This document shows, piece after piece, positions 19,677 to 33,862 of a stretch of 64,000 bases of DNA. The translations under genes were made by a program, and so were the position numbers. Position 1 is the first letter of the stretch, and each line of letters opens with the position of its first letter. Source of the stretch: Amoebidium appalachense (Eukaryota; Protista; Ichthyosporea); assembly GCA_963693365.1 (NCBI GenBank), contig CAVNZM010000009.1:264463-328462 (forward strand). The letters run 5' to 3'. The notes beneath the pieces are model-generated. The model saw nothing but the letters and a program-made list of their open reading frames with translations, had not been told where the DNA came from and made no database searches.

Positions 19677-22045
19677 ATGATGAACTTTGCAGGCAACCCC
19701 GGCTTCCAGGGGGACACGCAGATGAGACGTACCCCTTCGGACTTTTCGGAACAAGGGTGAGTGGGTGGGTGGGTGGACAGGTGCCCAGGCCACACGGTTA
19801 GTGTAATCATTGGAAACGTGAAATGAATGAACCATCCTTGGTCTGTGTCCCTGCACCTTGCATTATGGGCTGAATGTTACATGATTCATTTTTCGGAAGC
19901 ACATTGTAGGTGTGGCGTGTAGGTGCCGTACACTGCCTTTGTCACATGCATATGGGTGACACTTGCACCCTTGTTTGTTTAACATAGGCATGTAGCACTC
20001 ACACAGTTGCGGAAATGCATACATGCACGAGGTAACTTGCATTTCCTTGTCAGAAGGGATCTTCAAGTCTCTCTGGTAAGGCTGGTCTCGGGGGAGGAAG
20101 GCACAAGAGCTTGCACGTGCATGATCTGTGTGTGCACGTGCAACCCCCGGGTGACCCTCTCTTGGGTGTACTGCTGCACATGCACACACCCCTGCCACCC
20201 CCGTCAATACCACACCGACATCCCTTGTGGCCCGGTTCTAACATCTTCTCCCTCCCTCCCCCCAACAGAGATACAAAGAGGCTACGGTTGGACAGTAATG
20301 GGCCTGGAGGGGCTTTGGGAGATGGATTGCCCCTGGGGAGTATGGGTGGGGGTATGGGGGGAATGGACTTCCACTTCGACTTGGGCATGGATGGGGGCAT
20401 GGACGACCCCATGATGCATTTTCAGGACACAAACGGGGGGTTCCTGGGGTTTGGGGGGCCACAGGCAGGGGGCCCAGGCCATTTGGACATGCTCGGGCTG
20501 GACCCCCTGGGTATGGGGGGAATGGGTGATGTGGGTGGAGGGGGGGGCCTTGGGTGGAATTCTCTGCCCCTGGGCAATCCCCTGCAACCGCCTTCGCCCA
20601 ATCACAGCCAAATACAGCCGCCATCGCCCCTGGCAGCCAACGGAAATGCCTCGCCGTCACCAGGCGGCCAATCAGGGCCCATGCGGGGCGCATCCTCCCC
20701 GATGTCCCGTCTGACCCCGGGCATGCACCGCTACGACTCTGGGGGGATGGGCCCCAATCCGAGCCAAGGTCTGCGGCCATACAACCACCTCAGCCCATCG
20801 CCCATGGCCAACAACACACAGGCACCCTCTCCCCCTGCCCCCAGCCCCCAGCCCGGCTCGGACCTGCAGCGGCCCATGATGCCCTTTGACGGGCCGCAGG
20901 ACCGCCGGCCCAGCCCACCCCAAAACCTTGAGCCGGCCCGCGAATTTGGCATGCCGCCACAGCGCTACCAAGACTCCCCCCACATGGTCGGGTCGCCCCG
21001 CCACTCCCCCGACCCGAGGATGTCGAACCGACCCGGACCGGGGATGGATGGTGGCCAGTATCCGTCACCTCACTCGCAGAGCTTCAGGAACAATGTGCCA
21101 CGGCCACGTGAGCCGCCTGGGTGGGGCCAAAGTATGGGGTCACCGCGTGGGGGAAATTTGGGGGGGTCCAAGGACTACTACGATGGGCCGTTTGGGCCCA
21201 TGTACGACCACCCGCCCTTTGCCGTGCCCAGGCCCCAGGTAGAGGTCTGCAGCCCCGGTGGGGGGTTTGATGAGCCCCCCCCACGCCACATGGCCCCGCC
21301 ACAAAGATCCCCCCACAGGTCCCCCATGGGCTCACCAAATCCTATGGCCTTTGCGCAACCTGGCGGCGGCCTGTCCCCCCGCCCAAACATCAAGGGGGAG
21401 GCCCCGGCATGGAACCCCAACACTGGGGGGGTTCCAAAGCGCAAACCCCCCCCATCGGGGCATTTTGCAGTGGGCCGGCCGGCGGTGGAGGAGGCGGAGT
21501 CAGCGGGCAGTGGGGGGGACGACTACGTCTCGCCTGCACCCATGCAGCAGCAGAAGAAGAAGCCCGGGCCCAAGCCAAAGCCAAAGGCCCCAGTGGATGC
21601 CGTGGCGGCGGCGCCATTGCCTGCACCTGCTGTGCTGGCTATCAGGGCACCAAGACCACCGGTAGGGGCATGCCCGTGCATGGGTTGTGCTTGTGCACTG
21701 GGTAGATGCACGTGGATGGGTACATAGGCAGATGTATGTGCATTGAGAATCAATGGATGTGCTTGCACACTGGAAGGACACACGTGCATGTAAACACACA
21801 AGCTGTGCTTATAAGAAAGCACCTGTGTGCATGGAAGTCAAAGGCACTCACAGCAAGATAGAGGCTGGCATCTTGCAGTCATTGCTACACAAGCGTGCAC
21901 ACATGCAAGCACACACACACACATACACATACACACACACACACACGTGGTCAGCCCTTGGTCCCTGCAGGAGGGAACGTGTACTGTCCCTGCAGACTTG
22001 TTAGCAACCCCCCCCCCCACACACACACACACACACACACACGCA

Positions 22046-22086
<41 letters not shown>

Positions 22087-23875
22087 GTTCAATCACACCC
22101 GTACACAAGCACAATGCCTTGCATCTGCATGGGGACACCCACTAGCCCGTTCTCTCAGCCACTGCCACGGCACACACACGGTGTTGGCAAGTCCAGGGCG
22201 TGCATCAGCGCACACTGCATGGAACGATCACGTGTTTTACACACCCACTTAACTTTCATCAATTCCCTTTCTCCCAACACGTGCACACACATCGTACACA
22301 CACTCACTCGCACGTGCGCACACACACACATACACTCGCACACACACTCTCTCTTTCTCTCCCTCCCTTTTCTGTCTCCCTCTAACATACGGACACACAC
22401 ACACACACACACACACACAGCCGCCACCCACCAGCAAGGGCCCAGACGATGACTTCCAACTGGACTACATCCGCGACTCTCTCCTCCCTGCGCTGGTCAA
22501 ACACACCTCTGCAGCCCCTTTCCGTGAGCCTGTAGACCCAGTGGCCCTCAACATACCGCACTACCCGGCTATCATCACTCACCCCATGGACCTGGGCACA
22601 GTCGGTATGAAACACGTGTACATACAATGCCTTGCACATGTGCATGCACACACATGCACACAGGCCCATACATGAACATGCACACATTTCACATGTACAT
22701 GCACATACAGGAACTTGCACACATGCACATGAAAAGTGCGCACATCCAATGTCACATGCGTAGATGTTGCACACACACATGCACACAGAGAGGCATGCAC
22801 ATATGCAAAGGCGGACACACCAGCATGTGCATGTGCATGGCCACATAGGTGAGGCTGCGTGGAGACGTGTAAATATACCGGTGCATGCTTGCCTACATAC
22901 ATGCCTCCATGCATAGATACAATCATGGACACATACATGCACACGTGTGTGCATGCATACCTACATATGTACATACTTGCATGGATTCATACATGCAAAT
23001 ACATGTGCACGTGCCACATGCGCATGGGCATGGCCACACAAACCACAGATGTAGACACGTGTTTGATCGTACATGTACCTGGGCACGCATGAGTGGAAAG
23101 GGTACACTCGTGCACTAGAGAAAGCACTGCAAAACGAATGTGCACCACAGGACTTAGAAGACACACGCGCACTCACATTCATACTGTACACACACACACA
23201 CACACACACACTCACGCACTCACACATACACACAACAACACACACACACAACACTTGCATGGCATGCTCACGGAATACACACGCGCACACGCACACACTT
23301 GTGCACTGTCTCGCTAAACTGATCATTCGCCCACCCACTAGCTAACCTGCACGCATGGACACGCGCACACATACGCATGCACGCACACAAATGCACAGAC
23401 ACATACACGCACACGCACGCACAGATGCACACACGTGTGCGCTGACTCGCTAAGCTGTTCATTCACCCACCCACCTGCTACACATACACACACACACACA
23501 CAAACACACACACGAGCTATGTCACTTCCCCCCCTTGGGCACGCACTGACCCGCTCCCGCACAGAGAAAAAACTCCGTGACGGGGAATACCTTACGGGCC
23601 TGCAATGTCTCTACGACATCATGCTCGTCTTTAACAACTGCCGCACCTTTAACCCCGCCGGCGACCCGATTCTACTAACGTGCCACCGGTTGGAGCAGCA
23701 CTTTAACGCTCTGTTAAAGCGCATGCCTGTGTCCCCGCCCCCATCCAAGATTCGGTTCGAGAAGCAGTTCTGTCCGCACTGTGGGGACTTGAGGAGTCAG
23801 AGCTCCTTTAAGCAACACCGCACCCTGTTTTACAGAGAAAACGGGTACTGGGAGAGACACCCGGTCGAGTTGTAG
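19677..23875 (+). CDS. Single-bromodomain protein with a long Gly/Pro/Met/Ser low-complexity N-terminus and a C-terminal CxxC motif
   Basis: Exons 19677-19756, 20269-21661, 22421-22614, 23565-23875 with consistent phases. Bromodomain: [54 protein letters not shown]. Basic NLS-like KKKPGPKPKPK. Start codon is the least certain part. Confidence 0.88.
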
Positions 23876-26543
23876 CAAAGGAAAAACGTTAAAGGTGCAA
23901 TAAGTGAATATGGAATACAGCCCAAATTATTGAACTATACCATATAGCTAGGTAGACCCACATGCTTAATGAAAATTGTAGTGATTATAGTTGCACGCGT
24001 GCTACTAGGCGCGTATTATAATAGGAATCATGAACGTGTTTAGGCACGTGTTTAAATGTGCACACATGCTCGTGTATGTTTTTTAAGTGCACTATGGGCG
24101 TATGTTCCATTAAGGTTCATGTTTTGGTTCGTTGGTTGTACACGTGGGTTGTTTTTCTTCTTCTTTTTGTATTATTGTTTTTTTCTTCTTATTTTTAAAT
24201 GGGTTGTGGGGATTTGATTGGTCAATCTGGGCCTATGGAATGTACAGAAGTGTTGATGACCCAACCCCCAGGTGGGACCTGTGGGTGAGCACTGGTGTGC
24301 TTGAGATTTAATATTAAAGCCCTTCGATGATTGGTGGGAAGTGTGTGCAAATATGGGCCTGTTGCCGTCTCCCCTCCACACACACACACGCACACGCACA
24401 CGCACACGCACACGCACACGCACACGCACACGCACACACAAACACCACAACCACCACCACCGCCACCCACACACACATCTTTCCTGGACGCTCGCGCATG
24501 CGCACGCACAACACATACACTCAGAGAGAGAGAGTTAACGTTACGTGATATTCAAAACCGCCAAGCACACCACGTGCACCCCTCCACATGTACGTAGGCC
24601 TAGGGAGTCAGGCCTGTGTGTGTATTGTTGCCCAGTACACTGACGTCTGTCAACAAATTTGTTCCACGTGCACAGATATGCAGACCCATTACGGTGGCAA
24701 CCGTAATGAAACATGCACACACACACATTGTGGTTTTGTTCTGTGTACATGCGCATGTGCATTGAGCACGTCTGCTGAATACCCAATGCTCCGGCCAAGT
24801 CGGGGTCTATTATATATTATTATTTTTTATTTTTTTCTAAATTTTGAAACGAGTGATCTAAGAAAGGCCTCTCATGTTGGGATCGGATATGGATGTCCTA
24901 ATCCCCCCCTCCCCCCCCACCACCGCCACCAAAGCTTTTTTATATTTATTATTCTGGGGGGAGTTCTATTGGCGGGCCAGTTGGCATGCATCTGTATATG
25001 AAGTGTGTCACTGGCTACCGAATATTATTAATGCTACGTAGCGGCCACCCGGCCCTTGCCCTGCGAGACTGAGACTCGCTAATTTGCATAGCCACATATG
25101 TATGAGTAGATCAATAGATTAGACCGTGTGGGCACCATGCATATGCATAAGAGAGTCTGCAAATCTAGAAGCAAACTCACAATGATATTCTGCAAAAATC
25201 CTATACTAATTTGCAAAAAGCTGAAATCGAACTATTCTGCCGCAAGTAGAATTGTTTCGTAAAAGGCGCAACTGTATGTACACGTTCTGCAAAATGTAGG
25301 GATATTTCGTAAAAAGCACAACTATAGCTAGCTATCCTTTAAAAACTTTGAAATATTCTGCAAGAATCAAAGCTGTTGTGCAAAAAGCACCACTAGTACT
25401 ACTATGGGGGGGGGGGGGGGGGGGGGGGGGGAGAAAAGAAAATTTGCAGACTAACTTTCTGTAAATGCAGAATAGTTCGGCTTGAGGCAGCTAGAATACC
25501 CCGCTTGGTCAGCAAATTTATTTTGCAAGAAAGCAGGAATATTTTGCTTTGAGCTAAATTCTTCTTCTGTTAGCAGGAACGGTTTGATTTGCCAACGACA
25601 GCAGAATTAGTCTGCTTGTATCATTCGCGCATTACTCAGGAAAGGCAGAATCATTCTGCAAACAGCGGAATTCTTCACTGCCGAGTAGAATGGTTCATTC
25701 TTGTTTGTTAACCCAAACAACTAACACGTTTGTTAGGGTGCACGTACAACCGCTACAAACATGTTGTAATCTATGAGCATGCTCATAGTGTTTGTGTGCT
25801 GCAGTCAATGGGGCCTATTTGGCGGGCTGTATAACCAGCCTTTATTTCCAACCTTGGGTGCGGCCAGGCACATTAAGACGAATTCGAAAGTCCACAGTCG
25901 TAATGTAATAATATTTTGAAAAAAACATTATAAAAACTTTGCGCTAAGATGTATTGTTAAAATCAGAAACTCCCATTCCCATTTAGGCGTGGCCCGCCAT
26001 GACAAGTTGAATGTTAAACTATAAGCTTTAAGTTTTTTAAGTACATAGTGCACTCACCAGTTAAATTTTAATGCACATCTAATACTGCCTTCTGTTAGGT
26101 GCACGGCAGAGTATTTCTTTTAGCGCATATCAAAGGAAAAGAAACAGACACAGACCCCCTTCCCCCCTCCCCCCTCCACCTCCGCCCGCCCCCCAAAGAT
26201 TACACGTGCATATCCCCCCAGAGGCACACACACACGCACACGCTCACACGGACCCCCCCCCCCCCCCCACACCCCACGTGCAACCCCCCCCCCCCCCCCC
26301 CCCCACCCACACACAAGCACCGCAATTCTACGGTCATCAGAGGGCTATATTCGACACCAGGATTTCATGACAGTAACGGTCTTACCGGCCCAGGCAGTGT
26401 TGAAAAAACACTGCAAATTGGGATATCCAAATTGCAATATCCAGACAAATTGATATATCCAAATTGGGTTATCCACCAGTTATCCAGCATATTTGCAGGG
26501 TCACGTTAGCCTGCAACATGTAAGGCATGTGGGCGTCCTCCAA

Positions 26544-26652
26544 TCAAAACCAGCCACCCCAGGAGTGAGACTTTGCCTGCATATCTTCATTGACGGGTAT
26601 GCCGGCAGCAGCTAGCATCTCCGCCCATACCTGTGTGTGTGTGTGTGTGTGT

Positions 26653-26719
<67 letters not shown>

Positions 26720-27293
26720 TGTGTGTGTTTGTCAAGGTTATAAAGTGGTTATCATCTCATTTTGGTGAACGGATTTGCAGGTTGCTCCTTGAGTCCCACA
26801 CACACCCATCCACAACTGTCGCACGTTCATGTGTCTTTGCACTGTTCAGCCCCCCCCCCCCCCCCCCCCTTTCCCCTCCTCCCTACACACACACAAAAAC
26901 AATGCAGGAAAAAACACCAACATGCATGCCACTCGCACACCCCCTCCCCTCCCCCCCCCCCCCCCCCTCCCCCTTCTCCCTTTCTTTCCACCCCTTCCCC
27001 CCTGACTCCACGTGCCCCATATACGCACCTTAATTACGGCGTTGCTCTTAGCTTCCAGTTTGAGTGTTGATTTCTTTGTTTCCACCACCAACCTCAGCGC
27101 CCGCCTCCCTGCATTGGCCCCACTGTCTGCCGCTGTCAGTGTTGCTTTTGCCTTTGCATCCAAACACACAACTACCGGTTGTTGGTTCTTTGCAAAGGCG
27201 TCATATGTTTCGTACATGTGGAGGTCTCGGTCGCGGAGGGCAAAGAACCGCTCACGCCATACGAGCTTGAGCGCTTTGCGTACCTGTGTGTGT

Positions 27294-27324
<31 letters not shown>

Positions 27325-27373
27325 GGGGAGGAGGGGGGAGTGTGTGTGTGTGTGTGATTGTGTGTGATTGTGT

Positions 27374-27425
<52 letters not shown>

Positions 27426-27516
27426 TGTGTGCACGTGTACATGTGGTGTTGCCGGCCGATACGAGCAAGTGGGGGTTAGAAGGTGATTTAGCGTTTGAAC
27501 AACTCCCCCCCCCCCC

Positions 27517-27547
<31 letters not shown>

Positions 27548-28521
27548 CTCCACCCGTTCCTTCTTCACCACCATCATCATGTTATCCCCACAGCAATATG
27601 ATAGGCACTTTTCCAGCCAGATGAAGGTCCTAACAAATGCATATGGCCACGCGAAAGGAATGAAACGTCAAAATCAGGTGGCTGACTGGTGTGGGTCTGA
27701 GAATGCACGCATGCACATGTTTGTGTCTGTGTGTGGGTAGAGCACACAAAAATCAGAGTAAGGGGGTTGAAGTGTGCTCTGCTTCGCCTTTAAAAGGATG
27801 AGGATTGGGGAGAATACAAGACGTGTTACAAACCAAATAAGTTCGAGAAAGGACCCAATCAGAACTTATTCTGATCTTGTGGGCAAGGTGGGATATGTGA
27901 ATGTGTTCTGGCAGTAGCACCCAGGTGGAGGGGTGAGGTGGGGAGGGAGAGGAGGTGGGGGAGGGAGGGGAGGTAGGGAAGGGAGGGAGGGAGGGAGAGA
28001 GAAAAGGCAGGAGGAACTAAAGAGGAGGGAGGGATGGGGGAGGGGACCGGGGGGGTAGGGGGGCTACAACTCACCTGCATAAACATCCAACCCTGCTTTG
28101 ACTCCCTCAACTGCTCCAACTCAGTCAGAAACACCTTCTTCCTGCCCGTAGCCAAGGCGGACAGATTGGCAAAGTAGCGCTTGAGACGCACATTGGACCG
28201 TGCCAGTTGCATGAACTGGGTCACGTCGATCGTTGAGTCCTCTCTGAGCCCGGCCTGTCTGAAGTCCTGTAGGGTTGGGTGTTGGTGCTTGTCCGTGTTT
28301 CCTTGGGGGGGTCACGTCCAACATAACCACATGCATGCAAAAGATATGCCTGCCCCTTCCCCCGCCTGCCCTCTCAAAAAAACAAAAACAAACGATGATT
28401 CAAGAAAAAAGCAACAAGATAAGAACTTAAAGTGCCGAAAAGGTAATGACCCCTCGACCCTTTTCAGTCCTTCTTCATTAGCACCGTTCGAAGACCAAGA
28501 TAGGCAGTACCCCCCCCCCCC

Positions 28522-28566
<45 letters not shown>

Positions 28567-28766
28567 GGGGAGGGGGGGGAAGGGGAAAAGGAAGGCTTTC
28601 AACTACCCAGCCCCAGACATCATAACAGTGAACACCGACACCCACAACCCACACTCATGCCCAAACCCACACACTTAATTTAACGTGATACCTCCACACA
28701 CAAATGCGCACACACACACACACACGGACACACGGACACATGCAAACACACGCACACACACGCACG

Positions 28767-28802
<36 letters not shown>

Positions 28803-30452
28803 TACATGCACGCACACACACAAATACAAGAGCGCGCACACACAAAACACCAACACACACGCCTCCCCACCCACCCGCCTTCACGCGCGCGACACACGCA
28901 CACATACAACCTCCCCCCCCCACCCACACACCCACCTCACGTGCTATCTCCTCCACATGGCCCATTATGTCGCCCATCCCACTCAGCACCAACATGGCAT
29001 CGAGCATGTCGGCATATCCCCCCAGATCGATCCGCCCCGCCTTTTGCCGATCGAAAAGTTCAAAAGCCAACTGCAATTTGTCTGCCTCCTGCCCAGGCAG
29101 CTTGGTCACCAGAGACAGACAAAAGTGCAAATGGTTTATCATCTCATCATCCTCATCCATCGACCCTTCCCCTGCGTCCGCAACTTCAAAATCTTCCTCA
29201 CCCGTGTCCTCTGGAATACTTGCCGTGTCAAACGAAAACGAATCGCTTCCTGATGTAAGCGTGCGTGGGGAGCGTGGTGATTTGAGGGTTTGGCTTGATC
29301 CCCGGGTTGATTTTTCGTAAGCAGACACGAGTTGTTCTGCTAGCTGGCCTGTTTGCACGGCAACTTTGTCTTTTAACTCTTTCACTGTTGCCCTGTCCAT
29401 GTGTTTGCCTGAACGTATGGTGGAGCGTTCAATGGCTCGACGATGGCTGCTGAAGGATCGGAAGGCTGCGGCGGGTAACTGCAGGGGGAAAGCACGTGTT
29501 ATGTTGGTGTGGCACAGGTGTCGTGTTGGTGTGATACACGTGTTATGTTGGTGTGATACACGTATTATGTTGGTGTGATACACGTATTATGTTGGTGTGA
29601 TACACGTATTATGTTGGTGTGATACACGTATTATGTTGGTGTGATACACGTATTATGTTGGTGTAATAGACATTTTCTTTTCGTGTGGTGCAAGCTTAAG
29701 TTGGTACGGTTACAAAGCAAGTGTGTGGTTGGTGTTGTGTGCCTTTGAGGTCCTGAAATTAGGGGGGATGGGAGGAGGACGCTGCTTAAGGACTGTGTTT
29801 CATGCACAAGCACACACATGCCAGGGAGAAAAGGGCAGGCATGGCCGCGGCTAAGCAAACATACACGGGCCTATGCAAATAATAAATCAATGCACATGTT
29901 CCCGATGTTGTAATTGTTTGGGAGGAGGCATGCTTATTATCGGTCTGTTTGGGTGTAGGAGAGGGTTCGTGTCTGTGTGGTCTTGGGTACATTGGGGGTG
30001 GGGGGGTTTAGAATACGTCATACAGTACGGAGTATACATTCATAACGGACAACACAATACAGAGTGCAAACCACACACAGAGAGTTTGTAATAAGCAGAG
30101 CCCATCCTCCGGGGGGCGAGGGGGGGGGGGGGGGGAGAGAGAGAGAGTGAGGGGGAGGGGGGAGTGGTTGTGTCTGTGTGGTCTTGGAGTAGGTGCTTGG
30201 AACCCACACAAAGGGGTGAAGAAACCTGGAACTTACAGCGGGGGATCTGAGCATGAGTGAGCGCTGCATGACCTGAAGGAACTCGGCCCTGCTGATGTGC
30301 AGACTGCCCCGGGGGGATGCATGGTCAAACAGGGCACGTGAGAGGGTGTGGATCTCGCTGATGCCAATGTCATATTGCATCAGGTCGATTATTTGTTGCT
30401 CTAGCGCTACCTTGGCGGCTAGGTCCGATAGGCGGTTGCAAGCAATGAGGCC

Positions 30453-30537
<85 letters not shown>

Positions 30538-32067
30538 GGGGCAGGGGAAGGGGGGGGGGGGGCAGGGAGGAGGGGGCAGGGAGGGCAGCGGGTTAGGATG
30601 CGGAACCGGGTGCGAAGTGCAATGCACGTGAGAAGAGAGGTGCAGACATACAGTATGCAGATGGCATACAGATGCAAACAGAGCAGGGGGAGGCGGAGAG
30701 GGGGGGGGGGGGGGGGGGGGGGGGTAAATGGGTGGGTGGGAAGATGGACGGGCTCGTGTGCATAGGGGATGGGTGGGTGTGGCATGGCGTGTGTGCATAA
30801 AAGGAAGTGGGAATGGCGTCTATAGTCCGCATGGTGGGAGGGCTAGGTGGTGGTATGTGCATAAGGGGAAAGGGGGAGCGGGGGAGAGGGGGGAGGGGGG
30901 GGGGGAGGGGGAGGGCAGGGGAGCAGGGCAGGATTACATAGGTGGGCGGGGGGATAAGTGGGCAGGAGAGAGGAAGGGGGCAAGTTAGCCATCGAGAGGA
31001 TGCGAGCAAAAGGGAGTGGAATTCGGATGAAAGACACCTGTAATCGAAACGTGAAGGAGGAGTTTCAGGGGGATGCATTAATGTGCGCATTTGTGAATGT
31101 GTTGTGTATGTGTGTGCCGGTGCATGCGTGTGTCAGGGTCTGTGCATGCGTGTGTGCGGATGTGTTCAGATGCGTGCATGCACGTGTGTGTGGGCGTGTG
31201 TACGTGTTTGTCCACGTGCATGTATGAGAGTGTGTTTCCTGCAGGCTCGTGCGTGCATGTGCACGTGCATGTGTCTACTCTGCACGTGTGAACATGTGCC
31301 TGTGTGTCTGTCTGCAGTGCACGTGGGCCTGTAAGTGTGCCTGCATGAGGGGGTTTAGTGCCCTACTTTATAGCCGCCACGAACTTGCTCCTTATGGCCT
31401 GCTTTCTGACCTGCACCAACACATCTCTCAATTCGGCCGTGGCCTGACACTGACCCATCATCCAGGGGTGTCTCAATAGAGCCGCCGCAGAGGGCCGGCG
31501 GTCGGGATTTGGTGTGAGGCAGGCCAGAAGAAGGGATTTGCACTCCTCTGAAAAGCGATTGGACGCTTTAAGGTCGTTGACCCATTGGCTGTCCTTCATG
31601 CTGCGTAGGATCTCGCTGTCCGTGTTGCCTGATTGGTGGGTATGGATCCATCAGATGAGACCAGTTGTTATGTGGCGCCGTGCAATTTCTGACCACACGC
31701 ACCCTTTTACAGAAGAAAAGATGGACACAGGAAAAAAAGACAACTGTACAATCGCAAATACGAAAGATTCTGCAAATCCGACACGAGAGTGTGCATCAAT
31801 AGCAGGGCCCATCCGCCGCGGGAGGGGGGGGGGGGGGGGGGGGGGGGGGAGGGGGAGGGGGGAGAGGGGAGGGGGGGGGGGGGGGGGGGGTGGGCAGTGA
31901 AGTGGATGTCGTAGTGCAGGGGCACAAAGGTTCTATGATCCAAGGAGGGGGCGGCAGCGTCGATGGACAGAGAGAGAGAGAGAGAAATAGAAAGGGGATG
32001 AAGGGGGGGGGGGGAGGGGGGGGGGAGAGAGAGAGGGAGAGCGAGAGAGAGAGAGAGAGTGAGAGAG

Positions 32068-32111
<44 letters not shown>

Positions 32112-33807
32112 GCAGAAGGGGAAGCTGCGACCAAATGCAGACAAGCCAGTGTTCACTACAGGGTGTGTTTGGGTGGATTCATTTGCGAACGTGAACAGCG
32201 GCCTCCCTAACGTCTTTCTATTCCGTAAAGATGACGAATTCCCATTTTCCAATCTCTCAGGTGTCGTTCCCACGCCATCGTCTACTGACTCACAGTAGGC
32301 AAGTCGACTGGGGGGGGCGGGGGGGAGGGGGGGAAGCATAAGTGAGGAGAATGTTGAGGGGAATTTGTGTAAAAGGGGGCGGCGGTGGTGGTGGTGGTGG
32401 TGGGGAGGGAGGGGGGGGGGGAGGAAGAAAGAAAAGGAATTGCCCTAACCACACACCTTCAAACGGAATGACGCCCGTCAGAAGCTCCAGCATCACCACA
32501 CCCACAGACCAAATATCGGACGCCACACCAAAGGGGCTCTTGTTCAACCTCTCTGGTGCCATATATGCGGGTGTTCCCCCCCCACCAACTTTCCGTGTGC
32601 CTGGCCGGATTTCGAGGGCACAGCCAAAGTCGGCCAGTTTGAGGGTTCGGTTTTGGAGCATATCGGTGGGGGGGATTGAGCCCTGGGGGGGAAGGGGGGA
32701 GGGGGGGGGGGGGAGGGGATGAGTTGGTGTGTGTGCATGGGTGTGTGTCTTTTTCAATACTAGTGTGTGTGCGCGACTTATGGTGTAGGTGTTTGTGCAT
32801 CGCCCTTCTGATGTATGTGTGGGAGCCCGCGTGTGTACCGTATATGTTAGCGTGCATCGTGTGTGTATGCTGTGTATCTGGGTAGGAGCTACAAGGAACG
32901 TGTGAGAGTGCTGTGCCTTACTTGTGTCTCCCTGTGTGCAAGATGATTGGTGTGACACCTACATGGGGCCTACAAGTGATGGTTGGAGGGGGGAGGAGAT
33001 GATACTGCAAGCATTAAGGGCGGGGGGGGGGGGGGGGGGGGAGACGGTCAAACAGTCTGCCAGCAAGTGTATGTGCTGGCATAGGAGATGGTGGGGAAGA
33101 GAAAAGAAGAATGTGTCAATGTGTTTTCTGCCACACACCAACACAAAAAGATACACAGTAAGAGGGAGCATTGAAGTACGCGAAAGCATACACATGTGAA
33201 ATGCAACATCGAGCTTTCGTTGTTGTTTTTTTTTGTTTTTTTTTCATCCCTGTTGGGGGGAGGGGGGGGGGGGGGGGGAGACTTGAGTGAGGTCTATATT
33301 TGGGCAAATATATAAAAAAAGGTGAAAGTGGCTGGATGGGGGGCTTTACTCTGACGGTGGAGAGGAGGTTGTGGGGTTTGATGTCGCAGTGGCACACATT
33401 GGCCCGGTGGCAGTGGTCGACGGCAGACAGAATTTGGAACATGATGGCACACATCTGGGGGGTTGAAAACACCATCAGTTATCTAAAGTTTTTAAGCTCT
33501 ATAGTTATTCTGCATAGCAATAGCAATCTGGGTCTTTAAACCCATCAGTTGTCGCGGGCGGGGGGGGGGGGGGGGGGGGAGGAGGGGGGGGGAGGGGAAG
33601 GGGGTCATACGTACTGGGCTGTATGGAGGGGAAAAAAAAGAGCTTTGTCAGAGAGGGCTAAAGGGGGGGGTGGGGGAGAGGTAAGGGAGGGGGGAGGGGG
33701 GAGGGGGGAGTGATGCTGAGATGCTGTACAGAGAAGAGGTCTGCAAAGTGAGAACAGTGCCGCACAGTCGAGCAGGGATACCTATAGGTGGAGTAGCGGT
33801 GCATGCA

Positions 33808-33862
<55 letters not shown>

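Noticed and set aside
27546-27629. Candidate extra kinase-gene exon with AG/GT ends
   Set aside because: Contains a stop in the required phase; the flanking exons already join into an intact PH domain.
29498-29665. CRISPR-like appearance of short regular repeats (also 35970-36190)
   Set aside because: No unique spacers of constant length, no cas genes, eukaryotic context.
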